Assembly: GCA_033763315.1 (NCBI GenBank)
Contig: JANRKS010000032.1
Location: forward strand, 96,001 to 160,000
Reading direction: 5' to 3'
DNA: 64,000 nucleotides
Source: Deltaproteobacteria bacterium
Lineage (GTDB): Bacteria; Myxococcota_A; Polyangia; Fen-1088
Positions 36,787-46,603 of this stretch are shown here, in pieces (the first letter of the stretch is position 1; each line of letters starts with the position of its first letter). The notes under the pieces were generated by a model that saw nothing but the letters and a program-made list of their open reading frames with translations, was not told the origin of the DNA and did not search any database. The position numbers and the translations under genes are program-made.

Positions 36787-38202
36787 ATGACCATGAACCG
36801 ACGTGATCTGGCCAAGGCTTTGGGGCTCGCGGGAGCCTCCCTATTTTTGCCCAACCTGCGCGTGGCGCGTGCGGCGAGCGGACCGCCGAAGCGTTTCGTG
36901 ATCTTTTATAGTCAACACGGCACCATGCCGTGGTTGTGGCGGCCGCAAGGAAGTGGCACCAATTTCACGCTGGGCCCGTTGCTGTCGCCGTTGGCGCCGT
37001 ACAAGCAAGATCTCATCCTGCTCGACGGGATCGACTTTAAGGGACTCAAAGGCCCTGGCAGCAAAGACGATCTGTCCTGCGGCCATGCGCGCGGCCAATC
37101 GAGTTCGCTTACGGCGAACATTCAGACGCAAGGTGCAACCGCCAAGGCGGGTGGCCCTTCAATCGATTACTACATCGCCGATGGCCTCAAGGCCGCCAAT
37201 GGTGGCAAACCGCCAACCGCCGTGCCCTTGGTGCAAGCCGCGATCGTTGAGCAGCGGCCAAACGTTCAAACCTGGGGGCAGCCCTATCAATCTGCGGCCG
37301 GTCAGACCGTGCTTCCTGAGCGGGACGCCTTAACCGTATATAAGCGTCTGTTCCCAAACGGAACGCCGCCCACGGGTGGATCGCCAAGCATGCCGGACAA
37401 AGAAACGCTGCAACGCAAGGCCACCCTTGAGTACTTGGAAAAGGAGTACAAGGTTGTGGAGCAGAAGCTGGGCAAGTTTGAACGCCAGCGGCTGGATCAA
37501 CATGTGACGCTGGTGACGGACCTCAAACAACGCATCGATTTGATGTCGGGCGGTGGCGGCGCTGGCGGTCCCCTTTCGGCGTGCAAAGCCCCCATGGGCG
37601 TCAAAGCCAATAAGGTGCAGAGCAACTATTACGATCCCTTGATCTGGGAAAACACGCGGCCCACAGTGCCGTTGCTGATGCAGGCAGCGTTTGCTTGCGA
37701 TATCACGCGCATCTTCGCCATTCACGTTGAGGATCCTCCGGGACGCCTCTACGGCGGCACCGCCGGATTCGCGTCGCCTCATGAGATGGTGCATGGGCTT
37801 GATGTGGGCTCCAAGAGTGGTCCTGTTGATCAAGCGACAAAGATGTACGGCGAGTTTACGAAGATCTACAAAGAAGTGTTGGATCTGTTAAGCGCGGTCA
37901 AAGAGTCTGACGGCAAATCGCTGCTTTATCACACGTGCGTGTTGTGGTGTGGCGAGTTGGCCCAACCCGGACACTCCACAGCCAATGCCAAATGGTTGAC
38001 CGCGGGACAGCTTGGCGGTTACCTAAAAACAGGTCAGGCACTTTCATACGATGGCGATGGCGTGCGTTTTGCCGATGGTGACAAAGGCGATGCCGTGCCG
38101 TCCAACGGTGATGTCTTTACGACGATCGCAAACGGCATGGGCGTGCCCACGAAAGCGTTCGGCGTCAACACCAAGGGCGAGCTGGCCGCTATGAAGGCCT
38201 AA
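36787..38202 (+). CDS. DUF1552 family protein (Tat-exported), copy 2
   Basis: AAGGAG Shine-Dalgarno, NRRDLA, PKRFVIF..QHG, LSPLAPYK, PSID, RLDQH, AFACDITR, HEMVH. Confidence 0.9.
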   Translation: MTMNRRDLAKALGLAGASLFLPNLRVARAASGPPKRFVIFYSQHGTMPWLWRPQGSGTNFTLGPLLSPLAPYKQDLILLDGIDFKGLKGPGSKDDLSCGHARGQSSSLTANIQTQGATAKAGGPSIDYYIADGLKAANGGKPPTAVPLVQAAIVEQRPNVQTWGQPYQSAAGQTVLPERDALTVYKRLFPNGTPPTGGSPSMPDKETLQRKATLEYLEKEYKVVEQKLGKFERQRLDQHVTLVTDLKQRIDLMSGGGGAGGPLSACKAPMGVKANKVQSNYYDPLIWENTRPTVPLLMQAAFACDITRIFAIHVEDPPGRLYGGTAGFASPHEMVHGLDVGSKSGPVDQATKMYGEFTKIYKEVLDLLSAVKESDGKSLLYHTCVLWCGELAQPGHSTANAKWLTAGQLGGYLKTGQALSYDGDGVRFADGDKGDAVPSNGDVFTTIANGMGVPTKAFGVNTKGELAAMKA

Positions 38203-38230
38203 CTTCGCCTGAGGCAGCGCCGCATAGGAT

Positions 38231-39109
38231 TCATCGCATCTTCTTGCGGCTCTTGATGGCCACCGCGATTGCCTGTTCGGCAAGCGGTGCCATCACCGCG
38301 TACCCTTCGGCGTTGGGATGAAGACCATCGTAAGTGTAACGTGAATCGAAGTTGCCCTGCGCGTCCGTCAGCGCGTGCGCATAATCCAAGAAGACGTACT
38401 TGTGGGCTCGCGTAAAGTCTTTCAGCCACGCGTTGAGTTGGCTGTTCATGTTCACCCTGCGCGCCGACGGCGAGAACAACGGCTTGCCATCGGCGCCCTT
38501 GATTTCGCCTGAAACGGGCAGCAGAGAGGCCAGCACCACCGCGATGCCGTTGGCCCGCGCGAGATCTGCCATGCTGGCCAAGTTGTTTTGGATGTCTTGC
38601 AGTGTGGTGGGCCCTGTGTTGCCGCCAATGTCATTCGTGCCCGCCAAGATCACAACCGCTTGAGGCTTGTGTGCGATCACATCGGCTCGAAAGCGAACCA
38701 ACATCTGTGGCGTGGTCTGTCCCGAAATACCGCGGTTTATGTAGGGTTTTCCCGGAAAGAAGCCTCCCATGCGGGGCGACGACCAGTTGTCGGTGATGGA
38801 GTCCCCCATGAACACAACGCGCGTTTCACCCGCCTTGGCGCCTGGCACGCAGGCATTCGCGGCTGCGTAACGTGACAGGCGCGGCCAATCTTCCAGATTA
38901 AAAGTTGCGCACGCGAGTTGGGCGTTGGGTGTTGGCAGCGATTTGCATGCAGCCGACCACACCGGATAGATCCAATCGTTTGGTGTGCTTACATGTTGTC
39001 CAGGGTATCCGCCGTCGCTTGTTGTGCACGGGACCGCGTCTTGCGCGCGTGCTGATGAGTCCGCCACCAATGCAAGCAGTACGGCGATCAAACGGAGTGT
39101 TCGAAGCAT
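38231..39109 (-). CDS. Secreted SGNH/GDSL hydrolase
   Basis: FMGDSIT, NRGISGQTT, LAGTND, DGLHP; signal peptide. Confidence 0.93.
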   Translation of the reverse strand: MLRTLRLIAVLLALVADSSARAQDAVPCTTSDGGYPGQHVSTPNDWIYPVWSAACKSLPTPNAQLACATFNLEDWPRLSRYAAANACVPGAKAGETRVVFMGDSITDNWSSPRMGGFFPGKPYINRGISGQTTPQMLVRFRADVIAHKPQAVVILAGTNDIGGNTGPTTLQDIQNNLASMADLARANGIAVVLASLLPVSGEIKGADGKPLFSPSARRVNMNSQLNAWLKDFTRAHKYVFLDYAHALTDAQGNFDSRYTYDGLHPNAEGYAVMAPLAEQAIAVAIKSRKKMR

Positions 39110-39240
39110 GTCGCTAACTTGCGCGTGCGTATGTGGGCTTGCAAGACCTAACCCTTTAGGCACAAACAAGCGTTATGACTATGGTCGATCCCCGTGAGCA
39201 ATATGTGGTGCGAATGGGATATTGTGATAGCTTTTGATAC

Positions 39241-39882
39241 ATGGCAAAAGCTGATGCGATCACCGTTCTCATCGCGGATGACCATTTCGTTGCGCGCGTG
39301 GGAATCAAAAGGTTCATCAACGCCCAGCCCAACATGCAAGTGGTGGCGATGGCTGCCAACGGCGAACAAGCCATCGCCGCGTATCGATCACACTTGCCCA
39401 CGGTTGTGGTGATGGACTTGCGCATGCAGACGCTCGATGGCGTGCGCGCCACGGTGGCGCTTCGCCACTTCGACAAAGATGCACGCGTCTTAATGTTATC
39501 GAGCTACGACAAACCGAGCGACATCCAACGCGCGCAAGAATCAGGCGCCTTGGGCTACATCACGAAGGAAGCGGATCCTTCTGAGCTTTTGCACGCCGTG
39601 CGCACGGTGGCGGAAGGACAAGGCTACATATCGCCACGACTGTCACCCTTGCTGGGCGGGCTGGGGCCAGCGGGGGGCCTTTCACCGCGCGAGGTGCGCA
39701 TCCTCGATATGATTTCAAGTGGGCAAAGCAGCCGTGACATCGCCGCCCAGATGAACCTCACACCTGGAACGATGCGCGTCTACGTCCATCAGATCATGGC
39801 AAAGATGGGCGTGTCAAACCGAGCGGCCGCGGTCTCCGCCGCCATTCGTGAGGGCATCATCACGTCAGTCCGTCAAGGCTAA
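39241..39882 (+). CDS. NarL/LuxR family response regulator, copy 1
   Basis: ADDH, MDLRM, GYITK, LSPRE helix-turn-helix. Confidence 0.95.
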   Translation: MAKADAITVLIADDHFVARVGIKRFINAQPNMQVVAMAANGEQAIAAYRSHLPTVVVMDLRMQTLDGVRATVALRHFDKDARVLMLSSYDKPSDIQRAQESGALGYITKEADPSELLHAVRTVAEGQGYISPRLSPLLGGLGPAGGLSPREVRILDMISSGQSSRDIAAQMNLTPGTMRVYVHQIMAKMGVSNRAAAVSAAIREGIITSVRQG

Positions 39883-39985
39883 GGGCCGCTACCAATGCAT
39901 GTCGCCTTTCGTGCCGGTGGCCTCCGACACCTTCCGCGCCGAGTTCGGCGTGGAGCGATGGCGCTGAACTTGGGATTGTGATCGC

Positions 39986-42967
39986 GTGTTCCGCTCGCTT
40001 GTGGTTGCACATTTGCTCCTGGCTTGGCTGTCATCTGCCGGCGCAAGTCGAGCTGCCGCAGGAGATTTTGTGGTTCAGGGGTCATGGCACAAAACGCAGA
40101 AGGTTTTTGCGCTCGAGCAAACGGCGGATGGCTTCCTGTGGGCCGCAACCGACGGCGGGCTGCTGCGGTTTGACGGCCGTGATTTTGTGACCTTGACCTC
40201 GGCCGAACAACCAGGCCTGCGCAGCAACGTGGTGCGTGCTCTTTATAAGGATCGCACCGGGGCACTGTGGCTTGGCCTCGACGACGGCGCGGGCGTCGCA
40301 CGCGTGACCGATGGGAATGTTGAGGCCATCAGCACAGGCAAGGCGCTCGCGGGCCGCGCCATCCTTGCGATGACAGCCACCGATCCCGAGACGTTGTGGA
40401 TTGGCACGTCTTCGGGTCTATTTGTGCTTCGGTTGGGATCCAACCCAGGTTGCGAGCCCGTCCGCGAGCTTGGTGAGGCTCCCATCTATGCGCTGCAGGC
40501 TTCGCGTGATGGCGGCGTCTGGGTTGGCGCGCGCAGTGGCCTTTTTCATATCACCGCAGGCGCTGCGAAGCGCGTGGGTGACTTGGGCCCCATCGCCGCG
40601 TTGGCGGAGGATGGCGAAGGCAAGCTTTGGGTGTCTGCTGTGAAGGCAGGCGTTTACAGCATTGCCCCCACGGGCGAGACAACACTTCGCTTGGCCACAA
40701 ACAGCGAGCGTGCCGGTGGAGCAGGCTTTACGGCCTTGGCGATTGATGGCGCTGGCGGCGTTTGGGTTGGGTGGAATGGAGGGTATGGAAGGCTTGTCGA
40801 TGGGCAACTGGTGCAACGGTTCTTCAACGGCCTAGCCACGGTGGCGCTGCGAAGAGATACAGAAGGCGGCATGTGGATCGCAACGTATTGGGGCGTCGTC
40901 ATTCGGGTGGGCCACTCCCGCGTCAAGATGGAGACCCATTCTGCTGGCGACGAGGCTCCCCTCGTCTTTGGTTTGGCAGTCGACACACAAAACGCCTTGT
41001 GGATGACGCAGCTGAAATCTGTTGTCGCCCGGAGCAAAAGTGGTGATCGGCGGTATGAATCCGGACGCGAGCTGGCCACTTGGTGCCCGCGTGGTGTGTA
41101 TCCAGCGCGCACGGGAGGCGTATGGCTTGGCACATGTGATCAAGGTACCTTTCACATACAAGGCGATCACGTTGAGCGTGTGGGCGACGCTTCGTCGTTA
41201 GCTTTGCGCAACATTCAAACATTGCTTGAAGATGTGAACGGCGACTTGTGGCTGGGCACGCTTTCGGGCGACGTATACGTGCGTCGGCTTGGCAAGGACG
41301 TGCGTGTGCCGTTCGAAAATGGCGCGTGCGTTGAACCTGATAAATCTGTTGATAAGACGCCGAGGGTGGACGACGAGTGCGAGTTCTCGCCCACCGCGAT
41401 CATCAATGCCAAGGAAGGCGGCGTGTGGATCAGTTTGCGCCGCAACGGTTTGCGAAGGGTGTGGCAAGGCGGCAGCGTCTCGTTCTTTAAGCAAGATGGC
41501 CTGCCCACCAACGATCTCATCTCGCTTTATCAGGACAAGGCAGGAACGTTGTGGATCGGAACGCAGGCGCACGGACTCGTTCGCTTCCGAAACGGCGCAT
41601 TTCATGTTTTTGATCGCGCCGCAGGTCTGAGCGCTCAAAGCGTTCACGGCATCGCCGAAGACGACCAGGGGCAACTGTGGATAAGCAGCGAGAACGGTGT
41701 GGCACGTGTGCTGAAGAAGCATCTGGATGATTTTGCCGACGGTCGGTCCACGCGCATCTCTAGTCATACATACGGCGTGGCAGATGGCCTCGCCTCGCCC
41801 ATCACGGTGCAAAGCTTCACCTCACCGTTGCTGTTTCACGATGGGCAGGTTTTGGTTCCTTTGGACAAGGGTCTCGCAAGCCTCTCATCGCGCGACGTTG
41901 ACGACCGAACCGGTTTTTCGAACGTGCAACTTGAATCGGTGCGCCTCAATGGGGTTGTGTCGGATGCAAAGCAGGCCGTCAAAGGCGATCTTCCTCCTGG
42001 TGGGTTAGGCGCTTTGGAATTTACGGTGGCGCTGCCCAACTTCGAGGTACCACACCGGGTTGATGTTGAGTACCGTTTGGCGCCGCTTGAAACCGCTTGG
42101 CGCTTGGCAGGAGGCGAACGTCTTCTGCGCTACGCGAACCTTGGGCCAGGAACCTATTCGTTTGAAGCCAGACCGGTGTTAGACGGACAAACTTGGGGGG
42201 CCGTCACACGATCAAAAGCCATCAGGCTGCGCGGTTTCCGCGAGCGCCCGACGTTTTGGTTTCTCGTTGCCGCGGCCGTATTGCCAGTCCTCGGCATCGT
42301 CGCGATGGTTCGTCTTCGGTACCACAGGCTGAAGATGGAAACCGTGCTCCAAGAGCGCAACCGCGTGGCCCGCGAACTTCACGACACACTCGCGCAGTAT
42401 TTTACCGGCATTTCGTACCACCTGGCGCGCCTGACCCAAGTCATTCCCAGCGACCCGCAGGAGGCCGACAAGATCACAGAGGAAACGAAGATGATCTTGT
42501 CGCAGTGTCGCTTAGAAGCCCGGCACGCCATTCATGATCTACGCGCTTCAACGTCAGGCGATCATAGTTTGGTGGCAAGCCTAAAAAGGTTGGCCGATGA
42601 AACGCGCTTGTCGGGCGACGTGAACGTGGACTTCAATGTCAGCGGCGAAGAGTGGAAGTTGGAGGAAAACAGTTTTCGGCAGCTCACGCGGATAGCCCAG
42701 GAAGCCATCGTCAATTCTTTGGCTCACGCGCAAGCCAGTTGCCTTACCATCATCATCAAATACACGGCCACCGATCTCACCTTGGAGGTCAGCGATGATG
42801 GAGAGGGCTTCGACGCGCAAGACAGCGCGAAGCCGCTTCATTTTGGACTGCAAGGATTACAAGAACGCGCTGACAGCTTAGCTGCCGAGCTCACTTTAAC
42901 GTCTAGCCTTGGCAGCGGAACGACCGTGAAGGTGGTCGTTCAGCGCAAAAGTTCTGGCATTGCGTGA
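39986..42967 (+). CDS. Sensor histidine kinase with periplasmic beta-propeller (Reg_prop) and Y_Y_Y domains, HisKA_3/HATPase
   Basis: DGFLWAAT.GGLLRFDG, D..G.LW repeats, YRL...YANL.PG.Y.F, TM, ERNRVARELHDT, QEAIVN, DDGEGF, HFGL.G. Confidence 0.93.
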   Translation: MFRSLVVAHLLLAWLSSAGASRAAAGDFVVQGSWHKTQKVFALEQTADGFLWAATDGGLLRFDGRDFVTLTSAEQPGLRSNVVRALYKDRTGALWLGLDDGAGVARVTDGNVEAISTGKALAGRAILAMTATDPETLWIGTSSGLFVLRLGSNPGCEPVRELGEAPIYALQASRDGGVWVGARSGLFHITAGAAKRVGDLGPIAALAEDGEGKLWVSAVKAGVYSIAPTGETTLRLATNSERAGGAGFTALAIDGAGGVWVGWNGGYGRLVDGQLVQRFFNGLATVALRRDTEGGMWIATYWGVVIRVGHSRVKMETHSAGDEAPLVFGLAVDTQNALWMTQLKSVVARSKSGDRRYESGRELATWCPRGVYPARTGGVWLGTCDQGTFHIQGDHVERVGDASSLALRNIQTLLEDVNGDLWLGTLSGDVYVRRLGKDVRVPFENGACVEPDKSVDKTPRVDDECEFSPTAIINAKEGGVWISLRRNGLRRVWQGGSVSFFKQDGLPTNDLISLYQDKAGTLWIGTQAHGLVRFRNGAFHVFDRAAGLSAQSVHGIAEDDQGQLWISSENGVARVLKKHLDDFADGRSTRISSHTYGVADGLASPITVQSFTSPLLFHDGQVLVPLDKGLASLSSRDVDDRTGFSNVQLESVRLNGVVSDAKQAVKGDLPPGGLGALEFTVALPNFEVPHRVDVEYRLAPLETAWRLAGGERLLRYANLGPGTYSFEARPVLDGQTWGAVTRSKAIRLRGFRERPTFWFLVAAAVLPVLGIVAMVRLRYHRLKMETVLQERNRVARELHDTLAQYFTGISYHLARLTQVIPSDPQEADKITEETKMILSQCRLEARHAIHDLRASTSGDHSLVASLKRLADETRLSGDVNVDFNVSGEEWKLEENSFRQLTRIAQEAIVNSLAHAQASCLTIIIKYTATDLTLEVSDDGEGFDAQDSAKPLHFGLQGLQERADSLAAELTLTSSLGSGTTVKVVVQRKSSGIA

Positions 42968-43026
42968 CGAGTTTGTTGATGGCGACGTTGTGATGGCGTC
43001 GCTCCCACCATGAAGGAGTTGTTCAT

Positions 43027-43689
43027 ATGTACGATGTTGTTGTTCGAGTCTTGATTGTCTGCTCACTCTTGGGTGTTGCCTCTTTCACGGCCGTGGCTTC
43101 GCCTGCACGGCGCAAGCCTGCGGGAGCCGCTGCGGCGGCCAAGACGGTGGGCATTGAAGATTTTGAGCACTACGCCAATGACCAAGAGCTTGCCAAGATT
43201 TGGTACCGGCCACCCCACGGTGGTGGCGCCGTACAGACGCTCGATGTTAAGGAGCATGCGAGCGGCAAATACGGCCTAAGGTTCGCTTACAGCACCAGCA
43301 AGGAAGAAGGAAAACAGTATGCGGCGATTTGCCGGGTCTCGAAGTGGGATCTCAGTGGCACGAACGCCGCGCGGTTCTGGTTAAAGCCCGATGGGTCCGG
43401 CCGCAAGTTGATGTTTCAATTCAACATCGCGAACGAACAAGGCAAGAACATCCACGATCTTTGGGATTTTGAGTACTTTCCGAAGAAGGGAGACTCCGCA
43501 CCACGCCTGGTCACGGTGCCCTATGCGGCCTTGGTTCACGACGTGAAGTACGCCGACTCACCCAACACCAGCCCTGTATTTAGGCCGGAGGCGGTGATCG
43601 AAGTGGCGCTTTACATCGGCAGCCGCAAGGACGAGCCAGGCGACGGTGTCTACTACTTTGACGATTTTGCAGGGGTACAGGTGCGTTAA
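43027..43689 (+). CDS. Secreted CBM11/CIA30-like carbohydrate-binding domain protein
   Basis: AAGGAG Shine-Dalgarno, signal peptide, IEDFE.Y, WDLSG...FWLKPDGSG, VTVPY, YFDDF. Confidence 0.7.
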   Translation: MYDVVVRVLIVCSLLGVASFTAVASPARRKPAGAAAAAKTVGIEDFEHYANDQELAKIWYRPPHGGGAVQTLDVKEHASGKYGLRFAYSTSKEEGKQYAAICRVSKWDLSGTNAARFWLKPDGSGRKLMFQFNIANEQGKNIHDLWDFEYFPKKGDSAPRLVTVPYAALVHDVKYADSPNTSPVFRPEAVIEVALYIGSRKDEPGDGVYYFDDFAGVQVR

Positions 43690-43835
43690 GGGCACACCCC
43701 TTTCGGTCAGAATTAGCACACGGAAATCGGCGAACTTCCGGCCGATCAGCTAAGAGGAAAGCGTTGGGTGCCGCGCAAGAGGCAGGCCATTCTGAAATCC
43801 AGTCGATTCCCCTTATGTGATAGGCTAAATAAGTT

Positions 43836-44471
43836 ATGGCCGAAACGGGCGTCACCACAGTTCTTATCGTTGACGATCACTTTGTGGCTCGGCTTGGCAT
43901 CAAGGAATTCATCAATGCCCAGCCGGATATGCAGGTTGTGGCTGAGGCCAACAGCGGCGAACAAGCTATAGCTCAGTACCGTGAGCACAAGCCGTCGTTG
44001 GTTTTGATGGATGTGCGCATGCCGGGACTGGACGGCGCGCGCGCCACCATGGCCATTCGCCATCAAGATAAGAACGCCAAGATCTTGATGGTCTCAAGTT
44101 ACGACAAGCCGGGCGACATTCAGCGGGCGCAGGATGCCGGCGCGCGTGGCTACATCACGAAAGAAGCCGATCCGTCCGAGCTCCTGCGCGCCATTCGAAC
44201 GGTCGCCCGGGGGCAAACGTATTTGTCGCAGCCCCTGGCTCAGGTGCTGGGCACGGCGGCTGAGAAGGAATCGCTGTCGGCGCGCGAAGTTCGCATTCTT
44301 GAAATGATTTCAAACGGCTCCAGCAACCGTGAGATCGCAGAGCAAATGAACCTCACGGCAGGCACGATGCGCGTGTACGTGCACCAAATCCTCGCCAAGA
44401 TGGGTGTATCAAACCGCGCCGCGGCCGTATCGGCAGCCATTCGCGCGGGCCTCATCACCTCCAAAAGCTGA
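43836..44471 (+). CDS. NarL/LuxR family response regulator, copy 2 (close paralog of 39241..39882)
   Basis: VDDH, MDVRM, GYITK; long identical stretches with copy 1. Confidence 0.95.
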   Translation: MAETGVTTVLIVDDHFVARLGIKEFINAQPDMQVVAEANSGEQAIAQYREHKPSLVLMDVRMPGLDGARATMAIRHQDKNAKILMVSSYDKPGDIQRAQDAGARGYITKEADPSELLRAIRTVARGQTYLSQPLAQVLGTAAEKESLSAREVRILEMISNGSSNREIAEQMNLTAGTMRVYVHQILAKMGVSNRAAAVSAAIRAGLITSKS

Positions 44472-44477
44472 GGCGCT

Positions 44478-45203
44478 TCAAAGCCGCAGGGGCCCTGCTG
44501 CGGCCGGGCTCCGCGTGGGAAAACGCAGCCCTGCCGCCTGCAAGCCTGGCCGTAAACTTTCAACATACTCTTGCATCACGGCGCCCGCGCCACGACGCTT
44601 AAGCCCCAGCGCCACCGCAAGCTTATCGCCGTCACTGCCAGGTCTGCCGAACGACAGAAGGGACGTGGCAAACCAAACCTCGAACGAGGCTTGTGCCTCC
44701 CGTGGCTGCGCGTGCGCCAGGGGAATCAACGTGCGTGCCCCATCGTCTTGGTGGCCTTCTTCTTCCGCCACGATGGCGGCAGCGATCTGTGCGTAAGGCG
44801 CAAACGATCCGCTCACGTATTCACGCAGAACGAAGTAGCCCGCGCGATCGAACACGAACTGCGCCATCGCCACATCAAGGGGCGTGCGGACGAGCGGCAG
44901 CGGCTTCTCTTGCAAACGCGCGCGTGCGGTGTCCACCAACGCTTGCCGGCTTGCGCCCGCCACGCTTTGCCACAACGTCAACGCGGCTTCCAGGTGCGCG
45001 CCCTCTTCGTGTTGTTGGTGGCGCAGGCGTGCGTGTTCTTCGTGCGGCATGAACGTCAACGCTTGCTCCAGCAACTGCACCGCCGCCAACTCGCGGTAGG
45101 CCTGCGAGCGCAACATCGAGAGCAGCAAGGGCCGCGCTTCATTCGAAACAACAACGGCCGCGGGTGAGGCGGCCGTTGTTGTGGACGGATTCGTCACGGT
45201 CAA
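44478..45203 (-). CDS. Ferritin-like di-iron protein (PaaA/PaaC-like)
   Basis: RE..A, EEGAH, DRAG, EEEGH, FGRPGS motifs of the four-helix di-iron fold. Confidence 0.65.
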   Translation of the reverse strand: MTVTNPSTTTAASPAAVVVSNEARPLLLSMLRSQAYRELAAVQLLEQALTFMPHEEHARLRHQQHEEGAHLEAALTLWQSVAGASRQALVDTARARLQEKPLPLVRTPLDVAMAQFVFDRAGYFVLREYVSGSFAPYAQIAAAIVAEEEGHQDDGARTLIPLAHAQPREAQASFEVWFATSLLSFGRPGSDGDKLAVALGLKRRGAGAVMQEYVESLRPGLQAAGLRFPTRSPAAAGPLRL

Positions 45204-45209
45204 GGCGTG

Positions 45210-46478
45210 TTAAGCCGAAGCCGCTGCCACGCGGCTTTTCTTGCCGTTTGCGGCTGGTTTCTCGGCCTTGCTAGCTTTGACGGATTTTGTGTGGCCGTTG
45301 GTTGAAATGCCTTTGCCAGCGCCCGCTTTGAGGGCCTCGGCCTTATCGGTCTTCTCCCAAGAGAATTCAGGCTCTGTGCGGCCGAAGTGCCCGTAAGACG
45401 CCGTCTTGCGGTAGATCGGGCGGCGCAGATCCAACTCGCGGATGAGCGCGGCTGGGCGTGCGTCGAAGTTTGCATCCACAAGCTTGCTGATCTCGCCATC
45501 AGGAATGATGCCGGTGCCAAACGTTTGCACGAACAACGACACAGGCTTCGCGACGCCGATGGCGTATGCCAGCTGCACTTCGCAGCGGCGGGCGAGGCCA
45601 GCGGCCACGATGTTCTTCGCGATGTAGCGCGCGTAGTAGCAAGCCGAGCGATCCACCTTTGACGGATCCTTGCCTGAAAACGCACCGCCACCGTGCCGAC
45701 CCATGCCGCCGTAGGTGTCAACGATGATCTTGCGGCCCGTCAGCCCCGAGTCGCCCATGGGGCCACCCACCACGAAGCGACCCGTGGGGTTGATGAAGTA
45801 CTTGGTCTGCTTGTTGATAAGCTTCGCGGGAAGCACGGGCTTGATCACAAGCTCCATGATGGCTTCCTTGAGCGTCTTGTACTTCACGGCTTCGTTGTGC
45901 TGCGTGGAAAGCACAACCGTGTCGATCGCCAACGGTTGGTTGTTTTCGTCGTAGCGAATCGTCACCTGGCTCTTCGCGTCCGGACGCAAGAAATCCACTT
46001 TGCCCTTCTTACGAATCTCAGCCTGCTTGCGCACCAAACGGTGCGAGAGCTGAATCGGCATCGGCATCAGTTCGGGTGTTTCGTCGCATGCGAAACCGAA
46101 CATCATGCCTTGGTCGCCGGCGCCTTGGTCGTCCTTGGTGTACACGCCCTTGCCGTCAACGCCCTGGGCGATGTCGGGCGATTGTTGTTCGATGGCCACC
46201 ATCACGCCGCAGGTCTTCCAATCAAAGCCGGCGTCGGAGCTGTCGTAGCCAATGTCCTTGACCACGTTGCGCACGATCGTGGGATAATCCACCACCGAGG
46301 TTGTGGTGATCTCACCCGCCAGCATCACGAAGCCCGTCTTGGTGAGGGTCTCGCAGGCCACGCGGCATGTGGGGTCGTCTTTGATGATGGCGTCCAGAAC
46401 CCCATCAGAGATCTGGTCGCACATCTTATCGGGGTGGCCTTCAGAGACGCTTTCGGACGTAAACAAATACTCGGACAT
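45210..46478 (-). CDS. metK: S-adenosylmethionine synthetase
   Basis: [37 protein letters not shown]; GGGAG Shine-Dalgarno. Confidence 0.98.
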   Translation of the reverse strand: MSEYLFTSESVSEGHPDKMCDQISDGVLDAIIKDDPTCRVACETLTKTGFVMLAGEITTTSVVDYPTIVRNVVKDIGYDSSDAGFDWKTCGVMVAIEQQSPDIAQGVDGKGVYTKDDQGAGDQGMMFGFACDETPELMPMPIQLSHRLVRKQAEIRKKGKVDFLRPDAKSQVTIRYDENNQPLAIDTVVLSTQHNEAVKYKTLKEAIMELVIKPVLPAKLINKQTKYFINPTGRFVVGGPMGDSGLTGRKIIVDTYGGMGRHGGGAFSGKDPSKVDRSACYYARYIAKNIVAAGLARRCEVQLAYAIGVAKPVSLFVQTFGTGIIPDGEISKLVDANFDARPAALIRELDLRRPIYRKTASYGHFGRTEPEFSWEKTDKAEALKAGAGKGISTNGHTKSVKASKAEKPAANGKKSRVAAASA

Positions 46479-46603
46479 TGGTTCTCCCGCAGGGGTGTAA
46501 CTGGTTAAGGACGCGGCAGTTTCCCAGTCGATTCCCCCCGAGTCAACGACGCTTTGCAAGCCGGGTTGGGTTCTGGCACGTGCCTGGTGTAAGGTTAGGG
46601 TCC

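Noticed and set aside
45693-46508. Long antisense and alternate-frame ORFs (e.g. 45693..46508 +, 3501..4526 +, 56280..57164 -, 62181..62963 -)
   Set aside because: Shadows of well-supported genes; long stop-free antisense frames are expected in GC-rich DNA and these have no motifs
46479-46603. SAM riboswitch upstream of metK
   Set aside because: The leader after a plausible TTGACT-N17-GAAACT promoter is short and shows no SAM riboswitch consensus that I recognise
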